Shown here: piece after piece, positions 39,490 through 50,472 of the stretch
How positions within the stretch are numbered: position 1 is the first letter of the stretch
How the letters are laid out: each line of letters starts with the position of its first letter
DNA from: Planctomycetota bacterium
GTDB taxonomy: Bacteria > Planctomycetota > GCA-002687715 > DRQF01
Direction of reading: 5' to 3'
DNA length: 64,000 bases
Assembly: GCA_041402125.1 (NCBI GenBank)
Contig: JAWKSY010000002.1
Span: forward strand, 304,150 to 368,149
Translations under genes and position numbers: made by a program
The notes under the pieces: model-generated
Database searches by the model: none
The model's input: only the letters and a program-made list of their open reading frames with translations
Told to the model about the DNA's origin: nothing

Positions 39490-42400
39490 GACCGGCGGCC
39501 CCGTGGGCGCGTCTTCCGACGCGACGGAGCGTCGGTCGCGCGGAGGCGACGACGAGCAGGCGGCCGCGAGGAGGCGCCGCCGCGATCGGGATCGATCGGG
39601 CCGTCTACGGGAATCGCAGCCTCCAGGCCGAGGTCGAGGTTGTAGTCGTCGTAGCGATCCTTCTCGGCCCGCAGGTAGATCGCGCAGGACGCGATACTCG
39701 ACCTCGAGCGTCGCCGCGCCGCTGCCGCGAGACGTCCGTCCTCGACCTGGAAGCGGTCAGCGAGCGACTCCCTCGTCGGGATCGCTCGGACCGAAGAGCG
39801 CAAGAGGAAGTCGTCGGTGAGAAGGCTGCCGGCGCGCGTGAGGGCGGCGCGGGCGAGCCCTCGTCCGCGAAACCCTGGCGCGTCGTTCCGGCTGAAGGAG
39901 GAAGAAGGCGTCCTCTGCAGGAGGTACGGGTCGGCGCGGACGATGACGCGCTGGTCGGGGAGTCGGCCGGTGACCTCCACCTGGAGGTCGTGGCCCCGCA
40001 TCCGCGAGCGCCCGCTGATGGCGAGGCGCGGCGAGAACGGGTCGCCCGCGTCGAAGACGACGTCGCCCCGCTCGATCTTGAGCTTGCTGAAGGGCAGCCG
40101 GACGTCGAGATCCTCGAACCAGGCGCGGCCCTCGGGACGGGGAACGGCGCCGTCGCCGCCCAGATGCAGATCGACGGAGACCCGGCCCTGCACGAGCTCG
40201 TTCTCGACGCGGATGCTGCGATCGGCGTCGACGTCGAGGTCGAAGCGGAGGCCCGAGAGCGGCGGGCGCCGGAAGGTGAAGATCTGGAAGCGGTCGTCGG
40301 CGTTCGGGACGCCGGACCCCGCGAGCGAGAAGGGACGCGAGTAGAGCGCGTCCGTCACCGTGACCCGACCGGTGACCAGCAGCGCATCGAGCGGTCCCTC
40401 CGCCCGGAGATCGAAGTCGCTGCGCGCGCGCAGGTACTCGTTGCGGGCGACCAGGGCGTTGTCGCCGGTGGCGTGGAGCGCGATCGTCGGCCGGGCGGGA
40501 TCCTCGCCGAAGTCCGCCGTCCCCGAGACGCGCACCTCGCCGTAGCCGAGAAGGCCCCGCACCTCGACGAGCTCGACGCGTCGGTCGGAGAGCGCGATCT
40601 CGATGCGTCCCCGGTCGAGCGTCGGCAGATCGCCCTCCGTGCGCGCTTCGAGGTCCTCGATCGTGATCCGTCCGTCGAGGCGGAGCGCGTCGAGGGGCCC
40701 CCGGGCGGCGACGCGGGCGTCGAGGCGCCCCGCGAGCTTGACGATCGCGGGCGCGAGGGCGGCCCAGGGCGAGAGATCGAGGGCCTTCGCCTCGAGGACG
40801 AGTTCGGCCGCCGCGCTCCGGAAGCGCGAGACGAGCGCGTCATCCCAGCGCTCGCCGAGTCCGGCGGCGAGCGAGCCCGTGCCCTGCAGCGCGAGTCCCC
40901 GGTGCGTGGGGATCTCGAGCTCGAGCCGCGTCGTCTCGGCTCCGACCTCACCACGCAGATCGAGGCGCGCGGGGAGTTCCTCGTCGGGAAGCCACTCGGT
41001 CGCGCTCGGTCCCGCCAGTCCGACGGCGACGCGGAGCGCGCCCGCCTCGAGGGCGCCCGTGAGATCGAGCGACGCGAAGTCGACCTCCTCCGGCAGCCCG
41101 AAGGGCCGCAGGGCGGCGGCGTCGTCCACGCGACCCGCGAACCGGAGATCGGAGTCACGCCAGGGCCGGAACTCGAGGGCGTCGTCGCGCCAGCGGAGCG
41201 GCAGGATCCCTCCGGCCGTCACCTCCGCCCCCGGCAAGGTCGCTCGCAGCGTCTCCACCCGGAGGCTCTCGTCGTCCTGCCGGAGTCGCGCCTCGAGGGC
41301 GCCGCCGGTGAGAGGACCCAGCGCGAGTTCGCGCCCGCTCAACGTGACCTCGAGGCGCGGCCGGGCGCGCGTCCCCTCGGCGCGGAGCTCGAGATCGACG
41401 AGCCCCGAGGCGCCGAGCTCGGGCACCTGCGCGAGATCGAGGGCACGCGCGCGGAGGCCCGCGTCGAGCGTCTCGCCCCAGCGGAGCGAGCCCGCGACCT
41501 CGCCGCCGAGCGCCTCGATCCGGAACGCCTCGCAGCTCGCCTCGCCCGTCGCGGTCCACGTGACGCGCGCCGGATCGGCGAGACGCAAGGGGCGCTCGCC
41601 GACGCGGCCCTCCAGTCGCGCGAGGCGCGCCGCGCCCCGCCGGCCGGCGACAGCGCGGCCTCGGCGGCGAGGTCGACCTCGCCCCAGTCGCCGCGCGCGC
41701 GCAGTTCGGGCAGCCGGAAGCGTCGCCCCTCGGCCTCGAGGCGCGCCGTGAGCGCGCCCAGCGGTCGTCCGTCGAGAGTCACGTCGCGGAGGTCGAGCGC
41801 GCCCTTCGCGCGCGCCTCCTCCCAGGGGAGGCCGCGCGCCTTCTCGGCCTCGCCCCGGAAGTCGAGGCGGCCGGCGACGGCGGGGAGATCGGCGAGGAGG
41901 ACCGGGGCGAGCGACACGTCGAGGTCGCTCACCTCGAGGCGCGGGAACGCGACCCCCGGCACCTCGCCGCCCAGGAGGATCGTGCCCGCGGCGTCGATCC
42001 GACCCGAGGGCCCCTCCAGCTCGAGACGCGCGACGGTGACCGTGTCGCCCTCGGCCCGCGCGGCCAGCGCGAGCCGTCCGATCGGACGCCCTTCGATCGC
42101 CAGCTCGCGCCCCGTCGCCGCCACCGTGGCGCGCCAGCCCTCCGTCCAGGGGCCGGCGTCCTTCGCGATCTCGCCCTTCGCCTCCAGCGCGCCGGCGACG
42201 TCGCGCGGGAGCTCGAGGAGCGGTCCGAGCCGGTCGAGCGCGGCCACCGAGGCGCGGAAGTCGAGGCCCTCGACGCGCCCCGCGCCGGGCGCGATGCGCC
42301 CGGAGGCGTTCAGCGTCACCGGTCCCTCGGCGAGGCGCAGCTTCGCGATGTCGAGTACGTCCTCGGACCATCGGACCTCGAGCTCGCCGTCGCCGGCCGC

Positions 42401-43963
42401 CCGGCCGTCGACGACCAGATCGGCGACCTCGATCCGGAGCTCCGCGCGCGGGGCGCCGAGACTTCCCGTGACCTCGCCGACGAGCACCAGGCTTCCCTCC
42501 GCCGGAAGCGGATCGGGACCGAGGCCGGACGCGAGCGCGCCCGGGTCGTCGACGCGACCGCGGAGCGCGAGACGCGGGGCGAGGTCGCGCCAGTCCCCGT
42601 CGAGGGGCGGCAGCACGAGCTCGCCCTCGCCGTCGAGACGGGCGCCGGTCGTGGTGATCGCCAGCGAGCGGAGCTCGAGCGGGCGATCGAGAGGGCCGCC
42701 GAGTTCGAGGGCGAGGTCAACGGGATCGCGCGGCCAGGGAATCTCCGCGTCGGCGCCGAGGAAGGGAGCGGCCCGGGAGCGCAGGTCCGAAAGCGCGAGC
42801 GAGAGGGCGCCGACGGCGCGCGGCTGCCCGTCCGGCCCGAAGCGGAGCTCGCGTCCCTCGATCCGGAGGCCCTCGCCGTCGACCGTGAGCGTACTCGCCG
42901 CGTAGCCCTCGGCGTCGGCCGCGAGCGCGGCGCGGATGTCCAGTCCCTCGAACCGGTCGATGGCGAGGCCGAGGACCGCGAGTTCGGCGCCGATCCGCAG
43001 GGCTCCGGCGGCATCGCGATCAGCGCTGAGGTCGAGTCCGATCGCGCCCGCGGTCGGACGCGGGACGTCGGCGGGGAGGAGCGCGTCGGCCCAGTCCGGT
43101 CGCGCGGCGAGGCTGAGTCCCTCGCCCTTCGCGCGGGCCGCGAGCGCGCCCTGATCCGCCGCGAGGTGGAGCGAGAGTCCGAGTCTCGATCCGAGCAGCG
43201 CGAGCGCCGACTCGAGATCGAGCGCGCCGTCGTCCCCGATCGACGCCGTCACCGGTTCGAGCTCGATCCCCGCGACGAGGGGCGAGGTCTCCAGGCGGAA
43301 GCGCCTCGCGGCCTCGCGGACGAGGGAGAGGCGGGCCGTCGACGCCAGCGGGACGGGAAGATCCTCCGGCGCGGCGACGCCGTCGAGCGCGAGCGTGAGG
43401 GTCTCGCCCTCCGTCTCGAGCTCCAGGGTGCGGACGGCGAAGTCCCCGGCGGCCGTTCGGATCCCGACGCGGCCGGCGACGTCGACCTCGGGGAGCGTCG
43501 CCGGCAGGCGGTCCGCGAGGGCGCGGAGATCGGTCGGTCCCGGGTCCGGCGGCTCGGGCGCCGGACGGGTGAGGTCGAGGTCGAGCTCGAGCCCCTCGAT
43601 CACGAGCGAGCGGAGCGCCGTCTCGGGCCGGGGGCCGAAGGCGTCGAGCAGGCGATAGCGGAGCGAGAGGCGATCGAAGGCGATCCCCGCCACCGGACCT
43701 TCCGTCGGGGCCTCGATCGTCCGCAGTCCGCGCACCTCGAGGCCGGTGAACCAGGTGCCGCCGATGCGATCGATCTCGAAGCGGCCGCCGAGGACCTCGC
43801 CGAGCCGGCCCGCGACCAGTCGACCCAGCGGCCGCCCGAGCAGGGGATCGCGAAAGAGGTAGACGAGCACGAGCACCGCCGCGAGGATGCCGATGATGCG
43901 GAGCGTCCACCGGCGAAGGCGTCGCAGGCGACTCGGTCGTCCGGTCGGGCTCGGCTGGCTCAT
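39462..43963 (-). CDS. tamB: TamB-like translocation/assembly module protein (DUF490/AsmA-like), interrupted by frameshift(s)
   Basis: N-terminal signal anchor (track ORF 41339-43963). The body continues in another frame (track ORF 39462-42371). The frame switch is at about 41625-41650 in a G/C run. The 3' 400 nt also look frame-disturbed. Confidence 0.7.
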
Positions 43964-44031
43964 GATTCCTCGGGTGCGGGGGCGCCGGGTTCGAGGGGTG
44001 AAGGTAACAGCCGTTCGGGGGAGACGAAGGC

Positions 44032-44706
44032 GTGCGCGAGTCGATCGGAACGAGAGGAGGGGCGGCGGCGCTCGTCCTCGCGGCCGCGGCCCTCCTGGGG
44101 GCGGGATGCGGGAAGAGCCCCTCCGGGGCGGAATCCGCGGGGGAGCCCGCGATCTCGCGACGGATCGTCGCGAACGAGCTCCGCGCGCAGGCCGTCTTCG
44201 ATCGGGAAAACCCCGAGATCGCGCCGCTCGCGTCCGCGCGGCCGGGCGAGGTGGCGGTCCTGCTCTTCGTCACGACCGACTGTCCCATCGCCAACGGCTA
44301 CGGGCCCGAGATCGGGAGGATCCGGGCGGACTGCGTCTCGCGCGGCGCGCGCTTCGCCGCGATCCACGTCGACCCCGAACTCGCCATCGAGGACGCCTGG
44401 CGGCACGCGAAGGAGTTCGACCTCGGGGAGTCGGTCTTCATCGACCGCCGCCATCTCCTGGTGGACGCGCTCGGCATCCGCGTCACGCCCGAGGCCGCGG
44501 TCCTCGTCGCGGAGGACCGCGATCACTGGCGCCTCGACTACCGCGGGCGCATCGACGATCTCTACGTCGACTTCGGACAGCGTCGGGCCGAGGCGTCCAC
44601 GCCGGACCTCCGGCTCGCCATCGACCGCGCTCTCGCGGGTACGAAGGGAGAGCTCGTCCTGACCCGGGCGATCGGTTGCTACGTTCCCGAGCTCGGCGAC
44701 CGGTGA
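44032..44706 (+). CDS. thioredoxin-fold (redoxin/SCO1-like) lipoprotein
   Basis: Lipoprotein-like signal LLGAGCGKS with a GTG start. VLLFVTTDCPIANGYG thioredoxin-fold-like motif. Its stop overlaps the next gene's GTG (GTGA). Confidence 0.5.
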   Translation: MRESIGTRGGAAALVLAAAALLGAGCGKSPSGAESAGEPAISRRIVANELRAQAVFDRENPEIAPLASARPGEVAVLLFVTTDCPIANGYGPEIGRIRADCVSRGARFAAIHVDPELAIEDAWRHAKEFDLGESVFIDRRHLLVDALGIRVTPEAAVLVAEDRDHWRLDYRGRIDDLYVDFGQRRAEASTPDLRLAIDRALAGTKGELVLTRAIGCYVPELGDR

Positions 44707-46040
44707 GGCGGCGCCTCCTCCTCGCGGCGCTCGTCGCGCTCGCGATCCCCGGCTGCGGCGGCGAGGAGCCGTCCGCGTCCGGAGCCGCGGACGTCGCGCT
44801 GCTTCCCGCGGAGATCGCGACTCTCGACGGCCTGTTCGCGACGAACTGCGCGGGGTGCCATCGCGAGGGGGGACCGGCGCCCTTCGCGCTGCTCGACGCC
44901 CGCGATCGCCGCCGGCGCGCCCGCCAGATCGCGGAGGTCGTCGGATCGCGCTACATGCCGCCCTGGCTCCCCGATCGCGACCTCGAGCCGCTCGTCGGCG
45001 CGCGCGGACTCGATGAGGACGAGATCGCGCTCGTCGAGCGCTGGGCGCGGACCGGTGCGCCGGGCGCGGACCTCGCGCCGCCGGCGGGCGAGGGCGATCT
45101 CGGACCCCCGGATCTCGTGCTCGAGGCGGCCGGTCCGATCGCGATCCCCGCCGAGGGGGCGGGCATCCAGCACACGCTCGTGTACCGACCGGATCTCGCC
45201 GCGCCGAGGGACCTCCGCGCCCTCGCCTACCGGCCCGGCAACCCGGGCGCGCTCCACGGCGGCGGTCTGCTGCTCGACGCGAGCGGGGGGGCACGCCGTC
45301 TCGACGAGCGCAGTCCCGAGGCCGGCTACCGCTCGCCCGGCGGCATGGGCTACTCGCTCGTCGGTTCGCTCGACGCCTTCTCGCCGGGGGCGCGGCCGCA
45401 GCCCTGGCCGGACGACGCGACGCCGCGTCTCGCGCCGGGGGAGACGATCTCGCTCGAGCTGCACCTGAATCCGCGCGGTCGCCTCGAGGAAGAGCGCGGC
45501 GCGCTCCGGGTCTGGTTCGCGCCGCCGGGACCGCGCGACGAGGTCGTTCCGCTCGCGATCGGATCGCTCTGCATCGACATCCCGCCCGGCGCCCGCGACT
45601 ACCGCGTGGAGGACGAGATCGAACTCGACCGGGACGTCCGCCTCGTCGGCCTCTTCCCGATGGCGCGCTACGTCTGCCAGGAGGTGACGCTGCGCGTGAC
45701 GCCCCCCGGGGGAACCCCGCGGACGGTCTTCCGCATCCGGGACTTCGATCTCAACTGGGTCCAGCGCTACCAGTTCGCCGCGCCGATCGTGCTCCCGGCG
45801 GGGTCGCGGATCGCGATGGAGATGGTCTACGACAACAGCCGCGCCAACCCGCAGAACCCCCGCGCCGCGCCCGAGCGCGTGCGCGCCGGAATGCGGGCGA
45901 TCGACGAGGCCGGTTTCGTGATCCTGCACCTCGCCGCCGCGACGGCCGACGACGCGGCGGCGCTGCGCCGGCGACACGAGGACGGATTCCGGCTGCGCCT
46001 GGAGCGTCGCCGGGCCTGGGAGGCGCAGCGACCGCGCTGA
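44703..46040 (+). CDS. cytochrome c domain (CAGCH) lipoprotein with monooxygenase-like C-terminal region
   Basis: Signal LLLAALVALAIPGCGG. CAGCH heme-binding motif. YMPPW motif. Confidence 0.6.
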   Translation: MRRRLLLAALVALAIPGCGGEEPSASGAADVALLPAEIATLDGLFATNCAGCHREGGPAPFALLDARDRRRRARQIAEVVGSRYMPPWLPDRDLEPLVGARGLDEDEIALVERWARTGAPGADLAPPAGEGDLGPPDLVLEAAGPIAIPAEGAGIQHTLVYRPDLAAPRDLRALAYRPGNPGALHGGGLLLDASGGARRLDERSPEAGYRSPGGMGYSLVGSLDAFSPGARPQPWPDDATPRLAPGETISLELHLNPRGRLEEERGALRVWFAPPGPRDEVVPLAIGSLCIDIPPGARDYRVEDEIELDRDVRLVGLFPMARYVCQEVTLRVTPPGGTPRTVFRIRDFDLNWVQRYQFAAPIVLPAGSRIAMEMVYDNSRANPQNPRAAPERVRAGMRAIDEAGFVILHLAAATADDAAALRRRHEDGFRLRLERRRAWEAQRPR

Positions 46041-46053
46041 GGCCGGCCGTCGA

Positions 46054-47370
46054 TCAGCGGATGCGGCGCGCCACCAGGTTCTCGAGCATCTCCTGTCGCG
46101 CCGAGGGGCAGCGGGGCGCGAGGTCCGCGTCGCGGCAGAGCTCGCCCAGCTCGGCGAGGGACGCCTCGCCGGCGAGGATCCGTCGGCCGAGCTCGCCGCT
46201 CCAGCCGGCGTAGCGCGACTCGACGAAGCGCGAGAGCTCGCCCCGCTCGAGGAGATCGGCCGCGTTGAGCAGGGAGCGCGCGATCGTGTCCATCCCGCCG
46301 AGGTGAGCGTGGACGAGGTCGTGCGGATCGACGCTGGTCCGCCGCAGTCGCGCATCGAAGTTGAAGCCGCCGCTCCCCATGCCGCCGGCGCGGAGGATCT
46401 CGTAGAGCGCCAGCGTCATCTCCTCGGTGGAGTTGGGGAACTGGTCGGTGTCCCAGCCGTTCTGCGGATCGCCGCGGTTGGCGTCGATGCTCCCGAAGAT
46501 GTCGTTCGCGATCGCGTAGGCGACCTCGTGGTGGAAGCTGAGCCCGGCCAGGGTCGCGTGGTTGACCTCGATGTTCACCCGGAACTCGCCCAGGAGGCCG
46601 TGGCGCGCGAGGAAGGCGTGGACGGTCGCGCAGTCGCGGTCGTACTGGTGCTTCGTCGGCTCGAAGGGCTTCGGTTCGATGAGGAGCGTCCCGGTGAAGC
46701 CGATCCGATGCTTGTGCTCGACGACGAGGTGCAGGAAGCGCGCGAGCTGCTCCGCCTCGCGGCGGAGATCCGTGTTGAGCAGGGATTCGTAGCCCTCGCG
46801 ACCGCCCCAGAGGACGTAGTTCTCGCCGCCGAGATGGTGCGTGAGCTCGAGCGCCCGCCGGACCTGGGACGCCGCGCAGGCGAAGACCTCGGGGTCGGGC
46901 GAGGTCGCCGCGCCCTGGGCGTAGCGGGGGTGGGAGAAGAGGTTGGCCGTGCCCCAGAGGAGGCGGACGCCGGTCTCGCGCATCCGCGCCTCGAGCGCCT
47001 CGCCGACGCGGTCGAGGAGCGCCTCCGTCTCGCGCCAGGTCGCGCCCTCGGGAGCGACGTCGCGGTCGTGGAAGCAGAAGTAGGGCACGCCGAGCACGCG
47101 GAAGAGCGAGAAGGCGGCGTCCATCTTCGCGAGGGAGGCGGCGAGCGGATCGCGCTCGACGAACCAGGGACGGTCGAAGGTGCCGCCGCCGAAGACGTCG
47201 CTGCCCGGCCAGCAGAAGCCATGCCAGTAGCAGACCGCGAATCGGAGGTGGTCCTCCATCCGTCGCCCGAGGACGACGCGATCCGCGTCGTACCAGCGGA
47301 AGGCGAGCGGGTTCTCGGAGTCGGGCCCCTCGAAGGGGAGGCGGGACAGGTCGGCCAGGAAGTCGGTCAT
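46054..47370 (-). CDS. xylA: xylose isomerase
   Basis: Start MTDFLADL. Conserved WGGREG and FEPKP motifs and overall XylA length. Confidence 0.9.
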   Translation of the reverse strand: MTDFLADLSRLPFEGPDSENPLAFRWYDADRVVLGRRMEDHLRFAVCYWHGFCWPGSDVFGGGTFDRPWFVERDPLAASLAKMDAAFSLFRVLGVPYFCFHDRDVAPEGATWRETEALLDRVGEALEARMRETGVRLLWGTANLFSHPRYAQGAATSPDPEVFACAASQVRRALELTHHLGGENYVLWGGREGYESLLNTDLRREAEQLARFLHLVVEHKHRIGFTGTLLIEPKPFEPTKHQYDRDCATVHAFLARHGLLGEFRVNIEVNHATLAGLSFHHEVAYAIANDIFGSIDANRGDPQNGWDTDQFPNSTEEMTLALYEILRAGGMGSGGFNFDARLRRTSVDPHDLVHAHLGGMDTIARSLLNAADLLERGELSRFVESRYAGWSGELGRRILAGEASLAELGELCRDADLAPRCPSARQEMLENLVARRIR

Positions 47371-47453
47371 GGCGGCTCTCGCGTCCGGGATTCGGCGGTG
47401 CGGTCGCATTGTCGGCGCCGCGACGGTCCTTGAACAGGCTCCGATTGCGCGGG

Positions 47454-49127
47454 TCAGGGGCCGAGAATGCGCACGACGGGGTGCAGGCGCGGCGTCTCGC
47501 CCGTCTCCCCCTCCGCGCCGAGAGCGGCGTCGAAGCGGTTCCAGGTCGTGAGCGAGTCCTCGCTCGCCGGCTCGAGGAGCTGGGCCGCGATCCGGGCGAG
47601 AGGCTGGCGCGCGCTGACGAGGAGGCTCCCCTTCGGCGCCCGGTGACGCCGGCGCGCGTAGACGCCCTCGACCGAGGCGATGCGGTGGCCCTGGAAGGGG
47701 CGCGCGGCCCGGGAGAAGGCGACGATCTCGAAGACCTCGGCCTCGAACTCCCGATCGGCGTCGAGGCGCTCGAACTCGATGCCGTGCCGCGCGAGGTCCC
47801 GGGCGACCTCGTCGACGGCCGCGGTCACGACCCAGGCCGACGGGTGCTCCTTGCGCCGTTCCGCGACGAATCCGACCTGGACGGGCATCGGACGGATCTC
47901 GAGGCCGGGCTTCACCACGAGACGCTCGCCCAGGCCCTCGAGCGGGACGCGGTCGAGCTCGGAGCCGAGCACCGCGCCGGGGCGGGGCGGGGCGAAGGCG
48001 GTGTTCCAGCCGAGGCCGGGGCGGCCCTTCTCGCCCGGCGCGAGACGGCAGCGGGCGTCGGCCGCCGCGCAGAGCGCGCCGATGCGCTCGGCGTGTCGGT
48101 GCGCGAGGCGCAGGTTCTCGAGCACGAAGGCGCGCGTCGCGCGGACGCGGGTCTCGAAGGACGCGTAGCTGTAGGCCTCCGAGAGCACGGCGAGCCGGTT
48201 GCGGAGCCCGAAGTAGTTCGTCGCGAAGCGCGGCCGGTGGTCGAAGGTCCGCCAGCCGGTCTCGGTCGGCACCGGCTCGAAGTTGCCGTAGTCGAAGGTG
48301 CGGAAGAGGTGGTTGGCGTAGACCTCGCGCCGCAGCTCCGGGAGCTGCGTCTCGACCTGGAAGCGGGCGAGGTCGGGATCCTGGTTCGGGCTCAGGCAGG
48401 GCGCGTAGGTCAGGTGGTACGCGTGGTCCGAACCGTTCGTCGTGTGGAGATCGATCATCAGGTGGGGATCGATCGCCGCGTAGAGACCGAGCAGGGCCTG
48501 CGCCTCGGGCGTCTCGGCCTTGATGAAGTCGCGGTTGAGATCGAATCCGTCCGCGTTCTCGCGGGTGCCGACGCCCTCGACGGGGCCGTTCTGGCTCACG
48601 CGGTGACTCTTCGAGATCTCGTCGTTGCCGTCGGCGTTGTAGAGCGGGACGAGGAAGTCCTGGAGGCGATCGAGCACCTCGGCGTGGCGCCCCTCGAGGA
48701 ACTCGCGGGCGAGGATCAGCGCGACTTCCTTCCCCTCGACCTCGCCGCCGTGGATGTTCGCCTGCACCAGGACCCGCACCCGACCGTCGGCCCGGGCCGC
48801 GGCGCCGAGGGCCGCGAGGTCGAGCGGCGACTCCGGCTTCTCGCGGGGCCAGCCCCCGCGGCGGAGCGCCAGGACCTCGAGCTCCCGTCCTTCTTTGGAC
48901 CGGCCGAATGAGGTCAGGGCGAAACGCCTCGATCCGTCCGCGGCGAGCAGCGCCGCGAGGAGCCGCCGCACCTCGGCGTGAGTCGTGGTCGCGGCGAAGC
49001 CGCTGCGCTCGGCCGTCGTCAGGAGGTCGTCCGAGGCCCCCCCCGAGATCGGCGACTGGGCGGCGGCGGCGCCGAGGCCGGTCACGAGCAGGAGGGCGGC
49101 GAGTCCGAGCGTGGCGAGCGAGCTCAT
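47454..49127 (-). CDS. M14-family zinc carboxypeptidase, secreted
   Basis: Start [24 protein letters not shown]. Zinc-binding HGGE motif (NIHGGEVEG). Peptidase M14 fold hallmarks. Confidence 0.8.
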   Translation of the reverse strand: MSSLATLGLAALLLVTGLGAAAAQSPISGGASDDLLTTAERSGFAATTTHAEVRRLLAALLAADGSRRFALTSFGRSKEGRELEVLALRRGGWPREKPESPLDLAALGAAARADGRVRVLVQANIHGGEVEGKEVALILAREFLEGRHAEVLDRLQDFLVPLYNADGNDEISKSHRVSQNGPVEGVGTRENADGFDLNRDFIKAETPEAQALLGLYAAIDPHLMIDLHTTNGSDHAYHLTYAPCLSPNQDPDLARFQVETQLPELRREVYANHLFRTFDYGNFEPVPTETGWRTFDHRPRFATNYFGLRNRLAVLSEAYSYASFETRVRATRAFVLENLRLAHRHAERIGALCAAADARCRLAPGEKGRPGLGWNTAFAPPRPGAVLGSELDRVPLEGLGERLVVKPGLEIRPMPVQVGFVAERRKEHPSAWVVTAAVDEVARDLARHGIEFERLDADREFEAEVFEIVAFSRAARPFQGHRIASVEGVYARRRHRAPKGSLLVSARQPLARIAAQLLEPASEDSLTTWNRFDAALGAEGETGETPRLHPVVRILGP

Positions 49128-49180
49128 GGAGGGGCTCCGGAGGGTCGGGGAACCGGCCGGGACGGCCGTCTCGGGCGGAT

Positions 49181-49210
49181 CTTGGCTTCCGCGGGGCGGA
49201 CTGTAAAGTC
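49181..49210 (+). promoter_or_regulatory. candidate sigma70-like promoter for rpsU
   Basis: cTTGGCTtccgcggggcggacTGTAAAGTc: a -35-like TTGGCT and a -10-like TAAAGT with a TG upstream. Confidence 0.25.
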
Positions 49211-49379
49211 CTGCGGTCCGCAAGGTCCTGTCGGGAAAGGTCTTGCGCGAGCGATCGCGCCGTCGATCCGGTCCCGGGGAGGCCGGCGGCGAATCTCGGG
49301 GCCTCGACTTGGTTCCCGGCGGCCTCCGGTCTACTATTCCGGTCCGCGAAACGAGAAACGGATAGCAGGAGGCCGAGAC

Positions 49380-49583
49380 TTGGCCATTCGAGTCGAACTC
49401 CGGGGCGACGAGCCCGTCGAGAAGGCGCTGCGTCGCCTCAAGCGTCTCTGCAACCGCGAGGGCGTCGTCCTCGGGCGTGGAGCGCAGCGCTTCTACGAGA
49501 AGCCGAGCGAGCGTCGCCGCCGCCTCAAGAAGGAGCGGATGAAGACGATCCGCCGCGCCGAGAAGATGCGCAACCTCATGTGA
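49380..49583 (+). CDS. rpsU: 30S ribosomal protein S21
   Basis: TTG start with an AGGAGG RBS 8 nt upstream. [30 protein letters not shown]...[17 protein letters not shown] matches the S21 consensus. Confidence 0.85.
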   Translation: MAIRVELRGDEPVEKALRRLKRLCNREGVVLGRGAQRFYEKPSERRRRLKKERMKTIRRAEKMRNLM

Positions 49584-49706
49584 TCGCGTCCGCCCGCGGG
49601 CGGACGAGACCGTGAAGACACAGCCCGCCCGGGTCGCCGGAGCGGGCTTTGTTCACGTCGGGACCGATCGCGCTTCGCCCGGGTCCGGGCACGAGCGGGG
49701 GTGAAA

Positions 49707-49742
49707 CGGGAAGGGGGCGGACGCGCGAGCGTCCGCCCCCTT
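49707..49742. terminator. bidirectional intrinsic terminator between rpsU and mscL
   Basis: gaagggggcggacgc-gcga-gcgtccgcccccttc is a perfect 15-bp stem with T-rich flanks on both strands. Confidence 0.6.
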
Positions 49743-49778
49743 CCTCGTTGCGGCGCGCGGGCCCGGGCCCGCGCGGCC

Positions 49779-50256
49779 TCACTTCTTCGCGAGCGAGTCG
49801 CGGATCTGGGTGAGGAGCTCGACCTCGGCGCTCGGCTTCGGCGGCGGCGGGCGCGGCCTCTTCCTTCTTCTTCATCGTGTTGATCGCTTTCACGAGCATG
49901 AAGACGCAGAAGGCGATGATCGTGAAGTCGACGACGGTCTGGATGAGGTTGCCGTAGGCGAGGACGGGCACGCCGGCGCCGCGCGCCTGGGCGAGCGACA
50001 TGTCGGCGACCTGCTTGACGGTCTCGATCTCCTGGTCGCCCACCTTCTCCTTCACCTTCACGACCTCTTCGCCGAGGTTGAGGAAGAGGTTCGAGAAGTC
50101 GACGCCGCCGAGCAGCTTGCCGATCGGCGGCATGATGACGTCGTTCACGACCGAGCTGACGATCTTGCCGAAGGCGCCGCCGACGATGATGCCGACCGCC
50201 ATGTCGATCGCGTTGCCCTTGACCGCGAACTCCTTGAATTCCTTGATGATGCCCAT
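49779..50256 (-). CDS. mscL: large-conductance mechanosensitive channel MscL (a 1-nt indel near 49835-49855 puts the conserved C-terminus out of frame)
   Basis: [35 protein letters not shown]... matches MscL. After [11 protein letters not shown] the conserved tail [20 protein letters not shown]-stop is read in the +1 frame and ends at 49779, just upstream of the terminator. The uncorrected frame would read through the terminator to 49576. Confidence 0.8.
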
Positions 50257-50472
50257 CGCGTGATCGCTCCTTCTGGATGGTGGTCGACGGCGGCGTCGTC
50301 GCTCCGTCCGGAGCGGACGACGGTCGGGGGCCGGTCGGGATCGGGAATGTGCCGCATTCTGACCGCGCGGAGCGACGCTGTCAGGGGGGGCAGATCCCTA
50401 ATCCCTCGGGGAATTCCCGCGCCGTCGTCGCGTCGACATGACGCGAGCGATACGGGGCATCTCGTCTCGGTG

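Noticed and set aside
37165-42905. Long plus-strand ORFs (37165-39645, 39990-42905) opposite tamA/tamB
   Set aside because: Antisense to genes with clear Omp85 and TamB hallmarks. Composition is Arg/Gly/Glu-rich junk.
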